64,000 nucleotides of DNA from Rhodospirillales bacterium (GTDB lineage: Bacteria > Pseudomonadota > Alphaproteobacteria > Acetobacterales > Acetobacteraceae), in the NCBI GenBank assembly GCA_037442565.1, contig JBBIQA010000001.1, positions 15,331 to 79,330 on the forward strand, read 5' to 3'. The translations under genes and the position numbers were made by a program. This document shows positions 19,615-27,852 of the stretch, piece after piece (position 1 is the stretch's first letter; the number at the start of each line of letters is the position of its first letter). The notes beneath the pieces are model-generated. The model made no database searches and had not been told where the DNA came from. It was given only the letters and a program-made list of their open reading frames with translations.

Positions 19615-20442
19615 TCACAGCCCCGCCTCATTCCCGGCCTGGCCCGGCGCCGGCGCCGCATGGCGGAACGTCACCACCAGCACGTCCCGATAGGCCGGCA
19701 GCGACGGATCCAGCTTCTCGATCGCGGTCACCCCATGCTTCACCCGATTGTCGTCCACCCAGGCGGCATCCATCGGATCGGTAAGGGTGAAGCTGCCCAG
19801 CGGATTGCCCGGCAGATCGGCGATGCGCGTTTCCCCGCTGGCGACGTTCTGGCGCGACACCAGCAGCACCAGCACCCAGTCCACGCCGTCCCGGTGCATC
19901 CCTTCCGGCGTCGGCAACCCCGGCTGCCCCACTCGTGCCTCGATACGAAACTGGTGCACTTCGACATGCCACGGTTCGCCCCAAGGCTGGCCCCAAGGCT
20001 GACCATGCCGCGGAACGCCGGCCGTGGCCGCATCGAACATGCTCCGGCAAAGCCGCAGGATCGCGCCGAGCGCGCTGCCCTCGCCGTCATCGATCACAAC
20101 GGGCGCGAACCAGCGTTGCACGCCGCCGTTCAGCGGATTGTAGTCACGGCTCTGATAATGCGGCTGCGCCGGCTGGCGGATGATCCCCTGCTCGCCGACC
20201 GCATAGACGGCATGGCGGCGTTTGCGGTAGCGCCCGCCGTCGGCCATGTACACGTCGGGCCCCAGGTCGTTCCAGCTTCGTGCGAACGCGTCCCAGTCCG
20301 AAAGCCCGGCTTCGGCGAGCAATGGCCGCATGACACCCTGCTCCGCGAGGGCAAAGCCCGTCTCTCGCAGAGTATCGCAGATCGTCTGAAACCGGTTCGC
20401 CGCCGCTCCGGTCACCACGCCAACGCCAGAAGCTTGTGTCAT
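19615..20442 (-). CDS. 2OG-Fe dioxygenase family protein
   Basis: RYRKRRH, HQFRIEA...GLPTPEGMHRDGVDWVLVLLVSRQNVASGET and DDNRVKHGVT fit the 2OG-Fe dioxygenase family facial-triad pattern (H-x-D...H). Confidence 0.85.
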   Translation of the reverse strand: MTQASGVGVVTGAAANRFQTICDTLRETGFALAEQGVMRPLLAEAGLSDWDAFARSWNDLGPDVYMADGGRYRKRRHAVYAVGEQGIIRQPAQPHYQSRDYNPLNGGVQRWFAPVVIDDGEGSALGAILRLCRSMFDAATAGVPRHGQPWGQPWGEPWHVEVHQFRIEARVGQPGLPTPEGMHRDGVDWVLVLLVSRQNVASGETRIADLPGNPLGSFTLTDPMDAAWVDDNRVKHGVTAIEKLDPSLPAYRDVLVVTFRHAAPAPGQAGNEAGL

Positions 20443-20586
20443 GCCATCCCAGAAGCACCGCAGGGCCGGGACTGCCCGCGAAGGTCAGCATATGGCCGCC
20501 ACCCGCCGCCGCGCCACGCCAACTCCGTCGCCTCTGCTATGCGTCAGCGCGCCGCCGCGAAGCAGAAGCGAGCCCGCTCCAGGCTC

Positions 20587-21843
20587 TCAGCCCACGGCCT
20601 CCAGCAGGGCCAGCGCCTCGTCCGGCCCGGCCAGGATCTCCACCAGCCGCACCCTGTCGGCGAGCCCCAGCGCGCCGTCCGCCTTCATGCCGCCGATCTC
20701 CCCGGCGGTGCGCTGCAACTGCGCCTCCAGCCCGTTGCGCGCGTTGATCTTGCGCGCCGCCGCTTCCAGCCGGCGCAGGTCGCGCGCGATGTCCTCCAGC
20801 CGGGTCACCTCGGCCGGATCGGCGCCGGGACGCAGCAGCATCAGCGGTGCGACCAGCTCGCCTGTCAGCCCGGCCTCGAAACGGCTGCGGCAGCTCGCCT
20901 CCACAAGCTGGCGCAGACCATGCACCCGCCGCCGCCGTTCGCTGCTCAGCTGGTCGCTGTCCAGGCCCTGCAGCAAGGCCAGGATGCGGACCACCTCGGG
21001 GCCGGCCTGCGACAATTCACTGCCGGCAACCGGCCCGCCGGCGCCGCCCTGCGCCTCCAGCCCGCCCAGAACCACGTCGATCGCCTGTTCGGCCGCCGCG
21101 CGCATCACCGAATTCGGCCCGATCAGCCCGTTCGAGATCGCCGCCCGCAGCACCGCATCCGCCTGCGGCAGACGCGACAGGAGCAAGGCCAGCAGCATCC
21201 CCCAGGCATCCGGGCTGTGCCCGGCGCTGGTGTCCAGCACCCGCAAGGCGTCTTCCGGCCGCAGCTTGCCGCCCTGGACGACGGTCGCCACCAGTTCGTG
21301 CAGTTCGCTCGCATGTGCCAGCACCACGGAGATGCCGCGCGACAGAGCGCTGAAAACCGATACCGGCAGGCCCGTGGCCTCCCACTGCGGCGGCGGCGGG
21401 CCGGCGCGCGCCAGGATCGCCGACGCCTGCGACCACAGCTGCTCGCCCACGGCCGAGATCGCCGCGCTGTCGGCCGTCGTCTTGCCGGCGATGAAGGCCT
21501 CGATCTCTGCGGCGACCGGACCCAGTTCGCCGCGCACCGCCTCCGCGATCGGCTCCAGCGCCGTGCGCGGAATGGTCGGGCTGCCCGGGCGCCATTTCGG
21601 GCCGGCCACGATCACCGGATCGAACGGGGTGAACAGCAGGCGGCAGAAGCGCAACGGACGGGCCAGCCGAAGCTGCGCCAGGCGTGGGCGCAATGGCGCG
21701 ATCAGGCGATCGGCCTCGCCCCGGTGGGGCAGCGCATCGACCATCGCCACCACGCGGCCGATCTGCGAATCGCGCGCGTGGTTCAGCTCGATATTTAGGT
21801 CCCGGAGCGTCTTCCTGTCGACGCCCCGAACGATTGCTGACAT
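20587..21843 (-). CDS. Hypothetical protein, 418 aa, predicted all-alpha, no recognisable domain
   Basis: Long clean ORF in the expected strand and frame, Leu/Ala/Arg-rich and helical in character. An AT-richer 105-bp leader lies upstream. Confidence 0.7.
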   Translation of the reverse strand: MSAIVRGVDRKTLRDLNIELNHARDSQIGRVVAMVDALPHRGEADRLIAPLRPRLAQLRLARPLRFCRLLFTPFDPVIVAGPKWRPGSPTIPRTALEPIAEAVRGELGPVAAEIEAFIAGKTTADSAAISAVGEQLWSQASAILARAGPPPPQWEATGLPVSVFSALSRGISVVLAHASELHELVATVVQGGKLRPEDALRVLDTSAGHSPDAWGMLLALLLSRLPQADAVLRAAISNGLIGPNSVMRAAAEQAIDVVLGGLEAQGGAGGPVAGSELSQAGPEVVRILALLQGLDSDQLSSERRRRVHGLRQLVEASCRSRFEAGLTGELVAPLMLLRPGADPAEVTRLEDIARDLRRLEAAARKINARNGLEAQLQRTAGEIGGMKADGALGLADRVRLVEILAGPDEALALLEAVG

Positions 21844-21948
21844 ACCGAGGTCCCTATCTGTATCTATATCCGTTGCCGATCGTCTTTCCCGGGTCGAAAC
21901 CTGGCGCGGCTTTCGCTATCCGTACCGATGCCAGGTCATGCGGGCGGA

Positions 21949-23064
21949 TCATGCCGCCAGGGCCCGCAAGCGCTCGTTGCGTCCGATCCTATCCAGCACC
22001 ATGCTGCCGGTGCGCCAATCCTCGTTCAGCGTCACGGTCTTGCGGAAGCGGTTCTGCCCGTCGCTATCGACCGGCGTGCCGACCCACTCCGTGGCCTCCT
22101 TGGGGATGACCGGAACGAGGGTCGCGATTTCCACCAGCGCGGCATGGCGCTCCGCCATGGTCTCTGCCCCGCGCCAGAGCAGGCAGATCCGCTCCCAGCC
22201 ATCCAGCAGCCACTCGGACCGCGCCACCCGCTCCGCCAGCGGCTCCGGCGCCGCGCCGAATTCGCGGATCAACCCGACAACATCGCCGGTCATGGCCTGC
22301 GCGTCGGCCAACGTGGCGCGCGCGCAGGTGATCGTCAGGCTAGCCGCCATGGTCGTCATGCCGGCCACTCCGCCGCTGTCGTCGGCGTGCTCCTGCGCCC
22401 AGGAAGCGGTTTGCGCCCGAAGCGCGCAAAGCTGCTCCAGCGCCCGGGGAATGCGCGCCTGATCGGCGAAGCTGCCGACGCCGACGCCCATGAAAACCTC
22501 CGCCAGTTCCTCCAGCCCCTTCGCGATGGTCTCCGGGGTCCAGCCGATCTTGGGCGCCAGTTCGGCGATTGTCTGCCTGGCCCGCGCCTCCAGTTCCTGC
22601 GGCTTGGCCCGATCCGGCGGCGGGGCGGCCCTGCCGTCCGGCTCCTGTTGTTCGACCATGGCCATCAGCAGCAGAAAATTGGTCACCATCCGGTCCTGCC
22701 GGTCGGTGTCGGCCGTGCTGCCCGCCGCTGCCTGCGCCTCGCGCCCGGCCAGCCCCTCGGCCGCCACTTCCCGCGCGGCCTCACGGATCAGCGCCGGCGT
22801 GACGGCCCGCAGAGTGGCGATCTTCTGGTTCAGCCGCGTGTCATGCACGGTCGGCTTGCATAGCTCGCGAACCCCGCTCCAGGGCAGGATATAGACGCCG
22901 CGCCCGCCCGAAGGGTTCGGCACGATCAGTTCCACGCCGCCGCGCTCCGACGGACGCGCCCGCGCCCCGGCAAGCATCGGCGTGGTGAAGGCCATCGCCA
23001 CCCCACGCTCCAGGAAGGTCGTGGGGTGATAGGTGTGGATCAGCGGTATATGCGGCTGTGACAT
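21949..23064 (-). CDS. Hypothetical protein, 371 aa, no recognisable domain
   Basis: Clean ORF, co-directional with and 105 bp upstream of the 418-aa unknown. The N-terminal part looks beta-rich (GVELIVPNPSGGRGVYILPW) and the rest helical. Confidence 0.7.
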   Translation of the reverse strand: MSQPHIPLIHTYHPTTFLERGVAMAFTTPMLAGARARPSERGGVELIVPNPSGGRGVYILPWSGVRELCKPTVHDTRLNQKIATLRAVTPALIREAAREVAAEGLAGREAQAAAGSTADTDRQDRMVTNFLLLMAMVEQQEPDGRAAPPPDRAKPQELEARARQTIAELAPKIGWTPETIAKGLEELAEVFMGVGVGSFADQARIPRALEQLCALRAQTASWAQEHADDSGGVAGMTTMAASLTITCARATLADAQAMTGDVVGLIREFGAAPEPLAERVARSEWLLDGWERICLLWRGAETMAERHAALVEIATLVPVIPKEATEWVGTPVDSDGQNRFRKTVTLNEDWRTGSMVLDRIGRNERLRALAA

Positions 23065-23154
23065 GGATCGGGCACCGGTTCGATACCGCCGATCCTGCTC
23101 TCCCTATCATGAAAGAAACGTTGCCGCATGGCGCGGCAGGCCCGATCCGCGGGA

Positions 23155-23937
23155 CTACCTTCCCTGAAAGACCGGCTTCTGCTTGGCCAGGAACGACCGG
23201 CAGGCGTTGCGGAAATCCTCCGTGAGGCGAAAATCGCTGGTCGCGCGGTCCTCCGCCGGGGTGATCGGCAGGTCGCCGCGCAGCTTGCGGATCGCCGCCT
23301 TGTGGTAGCGCGCCGACAGCGGGCTGCCCTGGGAAATCCGCTGCGCCAGCGCCAGCGCCTCCGCCTCCACCTGCTCGTCGGGCACCACGCGCGACAGCAG
23401 CCCCTTCTCATAGGCTTCGCGGCCGTTGAAGATCCGCCCCTCGATCAGGATCTCCGCCACCACGCCGGTACCGGCCAGCTGGATGATCGGGTCGATTTCC
23501 GCATAGGGGTACCAGATGCCCAGGTTGCGCGCGGTGATGCCGAAGCGGATGTTTTCCCCGCCGACGCGGAAATCGCACAGCGCCGCCACGCCAGCGCCGC
23601 CGCCCAGGCAATGGCCCATGATCATCGCCACCACCGGATGCCGGCACAGCCGGACCGACTGCATGCTCTCGTGCAGCACGCGGGCATATTCCTCCTCCCG
23701 CTCCTCGGTACCGCGCTCCACCTCGAACGCGGCGATGTCGGCGCCGGCGCTGAACGCCTTGTCTCCGGCGCCGCGGATGATCACGCAGCGCAGGTCGTCC
23801 TCCTCCGACAGCGCCTCCATCGTGTGCTGCAGCCCCAGCCACATGGAGAGGTCGAAGGCGTTGCGGACCTCCGGGCGATCGATGATCACGGTGGCGATCG
23901 GTCCCTCACGGGTGATCCGGAGTTTCGGATGGTACAT
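23155..23937 (-). CDS. Enoyl-CoA hydratase/isomerase family protein
   Basis: Crotonase signature (VIIRGAGDKAFSAGADI, AMIMGHCLGGG). Confidence 0.9.
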   Translation of the reverse strand: MYHPKLRITREGPIATVIIDRPEVRNAFDLSMWLGLQHTMEALSEEDDLRCVIIRGAGDKAFSAGADIAAFEVERGTEEREEEYARVLHESMQSVRLCRHPVVAMIMGHCLGGGAGVAALCDFRVGGENIRFGITARNLGIWYPYAEIDPIIQLAGTGVVAEILIEGRIFNGREAYEKGLLSRVVPDEQVEAEALALAQRISQGSPLSARYHKAAIRKLRGDLPITPAEDRATSDFRLTEDFRNACRSFLAKQKPVFQGR

Positions 23938-23987
23938 GTTTGCAGGGTCCTATTCTTCAGCGAAGCCCGTCTGGCGGAGGTTCTCTG

Positions 23988-24653
23988 TCAAACGCCGGGC
24001 AGGTCGTCAATCGCCGGCCGCCCCGTCAGGTGTCGCCAATGGTGCCACAGCAGCCGCGCCGCCAGCGACCGGGCCGGTCGCCAGGGCTCCGCCAGCGCGC
24101 GCAGTTCCACCGGGCCGGGCCGGGCCGGCAATCCCTTCAGGGCCGCGGCCGCACCCGCCACGGCGATGTCGCCGGCGGGAAACACGTCGCGCCGGCCGAG
24201 CGCGAACAGCAGATAGATTTCCGCGCTCCAGCGCCCCATGCCGCGTACCGCGGTGATCGCCGCGATCGCCTCCTCGTCCGCCATGGCGGCGATCTTCGCC
24301 GCACTCAGCCGGCCGTCCGCGAAGGCGAGCGCCAGGTCGCGGGCATGCGCCACCTTCGGGCGCGACAGCCCGGCGGCGCGCAGATCCGCTTCCCCCATCG
24401 CCAGCAGCCCAGCCGGTTCGAGCGCGCCGGGCAATGCCCGCAGCCGTGCCCAGATGGCGGCGGCGGCCTGGTTGCTGATCATCTGCCCGACGATCGCCTG
24501 CAGCAGCCCGGGAAACCCGTCCGCCCGCCGCCGCCAGGGCAGCGGCCCGGCGGCCGCCTCGATCCGCGCCAGATCCGGATCGGCCGCGACCAGAAGCCCG
24601 ATCGCCGCGCGTTCGGCCGCCGGTACGGCCGGAAATGCGGCCACGGCCTCCAC
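23988..24653 (-). CDS. alkA: DNA-3-methyladenine glycosylase II (AlkA-like, HhH-GPD superfamily)
   Basis: HhH-GPD motifs (LRAAGLSRPKVAHARDLA, VRGMGRWSAEIYLLFALGRRDVFPAGD). The 344-aa ORF was trimmed to the GTG at 24653 so that it does not run through the upstream GNAT gene. Confidence 0.78.
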   Translation of the reverse strand: MEAVAAFPAVPAAERAAIGLLVAADPDLARIEAAAGPLPWRRRADGFPGLLQAIVGQMISNQAAAAIWARLRALPGALEPAGLLAMGEADLRAAGLSRPKVAHARDLALAFADGRLSAAKIAAMADEEAIAAITAVRGMGRWSAEIYLLFALGRRDVFPAGDIAVAGAAAALKGLPARPGPVELRALAEPWRPARSLAARLLWHHWRHLTGRPAIDDLPGV

Positions 24654-25171
24654 TAGGCCGGTATATCCGAATCCCCGGCACCCAGCGCGCGCTGCATCTG
24701 CACCACATCCAGCCACCGTCCGAATTTCAGGCCGGCCGACCGCAGCGTGCCGACATGCTGAAAGCCCAGACTGGCATGCACGCCGATCGAGCCGACATTT
24801 TCGGAATCGCCGATCACCGCGATCATCGTGCGAAACCCGGCCTGCGTCGCGATCTCGATCATGCGCGCGCCGAGCGCCTTGCCGACACCCTGGCCACGAA
24901 CGTCGTCGCGGATATAGATGCTGTCCTCGGCGGTGAAGCGATAGGCCGAACGGTCGCGGAACTGTGCGTAATAGGCGAAGCCCAGCACGCCGGTGGCATC
25001 GGCGGCCACCAGCCAGGCCCACCCATGATCGGCCACGCGGCGATAGCGCCGGGTCATCTCCTCGATCGACGGCGGCTCCTCCTCGAAAGTGCCGGTGCCG
25101 TGCAGCACGTGGTGGGCGTAGATCGCCTGGATCTCGGGAAGGTCGGCCGGGGCGGCGTCACGGATCTGCAT
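24653..25171 (-). CDS. GNAT family N-acetyltransferase (phosphinothricin acetyltransferase-like)
   Basis: MQIRDAAPADLPEIQAIYAHHVLHGTGTFEEEPPS is the PAT-type N-terminus, and RGQGVGKAL is the acetyl-CoA-binding motif. Confidence 0.9.
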   Translation of the reverse strand: MQIRDAAPADLPEIQAIYAHHVLHGTGTFEEEPPSIEEMTRRYRRVADHGWAWLVAADATGVLGFAYYAQFRDRSAYRFTAEDSIYIRDDVRGQGVGKALGARMIEIATQAGFRTMIAVIGDSENVGSIGVHASLGFQHVGTLRSAGLKFGRWLDVVQMQRALGAGDSDIPA

Positions 25172-25557
25172 GCTTGAACCAGTCAGGAAAGGGGTCAGAA
25201 AGGGTGGGCGATTGAAACACCCGGCAGCGGGGCTGGGCCCACCGAATTCCCGGTCGACGTCACGATATCCATCGATGTCACGACATCTTCAGCAAGGCCT
25301 TTATCTATTTCACATATATTCCCGCTAACCTGCGACCGTCACAACCGCTCGCGAAGCACGACGCCTTTTCCCGGGCCTCCCGCCCTGAAGCCACTCGGAC
25401 CTTATCGGATATGTCCTCAAGCCATGCTCCCCCCCCGGCCTCGCGACCAGTCTAGCCGCTTGATTTGCGGGAACAAACCATTGCACGCAAATCTATCGGG
25501 ACAAAACGAACGGCTTTCGTGCTAAACGCCCAGTTACGAGCGATATAGGAGCCACGC
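25172..25557 (+). promoter_or_regulatory. 386-bp non-coding leader/promoter region upstream of the T1SS-glycosyltransferase operon
   Basis: Longest intergenic gap in the window and visibly AT-richer. Contains an 8-bp inverted repeat (gatttgcg 25462-25469, cgcaaatc 25486-25493), the direct repeat gtcacga(N13)gtcacga around 25256-25285, and an AGGAG Shine-Dalgarno at 25547-25551. Confidence 0.45.
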
Positions 25558-27852
25558 GTGGACGATATCCAGGGTCAGTCCATATCATTTGCCGACGCGG
25601 CCGCCAGCGCCGGGGGCGGCGGCGATCAGGCCAGCGGCTCCGATGCCGGCTTCCGCCCGCGCGAGGAGCGTGTCGATCCGCGAGTCCGGGCCGTATCGCT
25701 GGCCGGACGCTACTACGGCATGGAACTGGACGAGGGCGATTTCCGCCGCACGGCCGGTGAAACCCACGCCTCCGCCGCCTCGCTGGCCGCCTGGGCGCAG
25801 GAATGCGGGCTCTGGGCGAAGGGCGTCCGGCTGAACTGGCGCCAGCTTGTGCGCATCCAGGCAGCGGGCCCGGTCGTGCTGCTGTTCACCGACGGCAGCG
25901 CCGGACTGATGACCGCCGCCAACGCGGAAAACCGCGTCGTCATGATCAAGGACCCGCTGGCCCCGGTCAGTGAGCCCGCGGTCGTGGTGGACGAAAACCG
26001 CCTGAAGCAGGTCTGGTCCGGCGAGGCCGTTCTGGTCCGCGCCAACCGCGGCATCGCGGCATCGGATGCGCCGTTCAACCGCAGCTGGCTGATCTCCCTG
26101 GTCGGGCAGGAGCGCCGCTCCCTGCGCGACATCGGCTACGCCTCGCTCACGCTCAGCTTCCTGACCATCTTCCCGCCGCTACTGGTCATGACCGCGGTGG
26201 ACAAGGTGCTGACCCATCACAGCTATTCCACCCTGGCGCTGCTGGCGACCATTCTGGCGATCGGCGTGGTCTACGAAACCCTGCTCGGCCACGCCCGGCG
26301 GATGATCGTGCTGACCGTCGGCACACGGCTCGACACCAAGCTGAACCTGCACATCTTCGCCCGCCTGCTGCGCCTGCCGCTCGACTATTTCGAGCGCCAT
26401 CCCGCCGGCGAGACGATGCACCGGCTCAATCAGGTGAACAAGGTGCGGGAATTCCTCACCGGCAAGCTGCTGACCACCTTCCTCGACATGTTCACCCTGG
26501 TGGTGCTGCTGCCGTTTCTGTTCTACCTCAACGCCACCCTCGCCTGGATCGTGGTGGCCTGCTCGGCGATGATCGCGCTCATCATCCTCGCCTTCCTGAA
26601 GCCGCTGCGCAAAGTCTACGGCAACGTCATCCTGGCCGAGACCGCCCGCGCCTCGGTGCTGGGCGAGACGATCTTCGGCGTGAAGACCGTCAAATCCCTC
26701 GCCATCGAACCCCAGCGCAAGGACCTGTGGGACGCCAAGGTGGCGGACGCGGGCAAGTGGCGCATGGAATTCGGCAAGCTTGCCAGCTGGCCGCAGACCA
26801 TGATCACCCCGATCGAGCGCTTCATGTCGATCGGCATCATCCTGCTCGGCGCCTACCTCGCCCTGAAGGACGACTCCGGCTTCGCCGTGGGCTCGCTGTT
26901 CGCGTTCATGATGCTGTCCATGCGCGTCGCCCAGCCGCTGGTCGGCCTGGCCCGGCTGATCGAGGATTTCGAGGAATTCAGCGCCGCCATCGGCGAGGCC
27001 GGCTCGGTGCTCAACCGGCCGCTGGAAGCCGATGCCGCGTCCGGCGGCCTGCGCCCGAAATTCGAGGGCGCGATCACCGTGGACGACCTGTCGTTCACCT
27101 ATGGCGGCACCAAGGTGCCGGCGCTGGACCGGGTCAGCTTCGCGATCCCGGCCGGGACCATGATGGGCGTGGTCGGGCGCAGCGGCTCGGGCAAATCCAC
27201 CCTGGCCCGGCTGCTGCAGGGCATCAACCGCGACTACTCGGGCTTCCTGAAGATCGACGGCGCCGACCTCCGGGAGATCAACCTGCGGCATCTGCGCTCC
27301 AGCTTCGGCGTCGTGCTGCAGGACAATTTCCTGTTCCGCGGCTCGATCCGCGACAACATCATCGCCGGTCGTCCCGGCCTGACGATCGAGGACGTGGTGC
27401 GGGCCGCGCGGCTGGCGGGCGCCGAGGAATTCATCGAGCGGATGCCGAACGGCTACGAAACCTATATCGAGGAAGGCTCGCCCAACCTTTCCGGCGGCCA
27501 GAAGCAGCGCCTGGCGATCGCCCGCGCGCTGATCCAGGATCCGCGCATCCTGATCCTGGACGAAGCCACCAGCGCGCTCGATCCGGAAAGCGAGGCCCTG
27601 GTCAACGCCAACCTCAACCGGATCGCGCGCGGCCGTACCATGGTGATCGTCTCCCACCGCCTGTCCTCGCTCACCGAGTGCGACCAGATCCTGGTGCTGG
27701 AGAAGGGCAAGCTGGTAGACATCGCGCCGCACCGCACGTTGCTCGAACGCTGCTCGCTCTATCGCCAGCTTTGGGCGCAGCAGAACCGTCACATGGATCA
27801 TCAGGGTACCCGTCATGCAGCGATCGCTCCTACCCTCCTCCAAGGCGACTAA
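25558..27852 (+). CDS. Type I secretion system permease/ATPase (HlyB family) with N-terminal non-catalytic C39-like domain
   Basis: GTG start. C39-like fold (SLAGRYYG...PVVLLFTDGS...VVMIKDP...VWSGEAVLV) that lacks the catalytic Cys and His. Six-TM exporter domain. Walker A GRSGSGKST, signature LSGGQKQR, Walker B ILILDEATSALD, H-loop VIVSHRL. Confidence 0.92.
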   Translation: MDDIQGQSISFADAAASAGGGGDQASGSDAGFRPREERVDPRVRAVSLAGRYYGMELDEGDFRRTAGETHASAASLAAWAQECGLWAKGVRLNWRQLVRIQAAGPVVLLFTDGSAGLMTAANAENRVVMIKDPLAPVSEPAVVVDENRLKQVWSGEAVLVRANRGIAASDAPFNRSWLISLVGQERRSLRDIGYASLTLSFLTIFPPLLVMTAVDKVLTHHSYSTLALLATILAIGVVYETLLGHARRMIVLTVGTRLDTKLNLHIFARLLRLPLDYFERHPAGETMHRLNQVNKVREFLTGKLLTTFLDMFTLVVLLPFLFYLNATLAWIVVACSAMIALIILAFLKPLRKVYGNVILAETARASVLGETIFGVKTVKSLAIEPQRKDLWDAKVADAGKWRMEFGKLASWPQTMITPIERFMSIGIILLGAYLALKDDSGFAVGSLFAFMMLSMRVAQPLVGLARLIEDFEEFSAAIGEAGSVLNRPLEADAASGGLRPKFEGAITVDDLSFTYGGTKVPALDRVSFAIPAGTMMGVVGRSGSGKSTLARLLQGINRDYSGFLKIDGADLREINLRHLRSSFGVVLQDNFLFRGSIRDNIIAGRPGLTIEDVVRAARLAGAEEFIERMPNGYETYIEEGSPNLSGGQKQRLAIARALIQDPRILILDEATSALDPESEALVNANLNRIARGRTMVIVSHRLSSLTECDQILVLEKGKLVDIAPHRTLLERCSLYRQLWAQQNRHMDHQGTRHAAIAPTLLQGD

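Noticed and set aside
23988-25022. Full 344-aa form of the AlkA-like ORF
   Set aside because: The N-terminal 123 codons overlap the well-supported GNAT gene in another frame and are Arg/Gly-rich. The glycosylase homology begins only after the GTG at 24653.
25558-26090. Active C39 bacteriocin-processing peptidase, implying a double-glycine leader peptide or glycocin-type cargo
   Set aside because: The nucleophile Cys expected upstream of the YYG motif and the catalytic His are both absent. I also found no convincing small precursor ORF with a Shine-Dalgarno in the 386-bp upstream region; only 14-33 codon ORFs without ribosome-binding sites are present.
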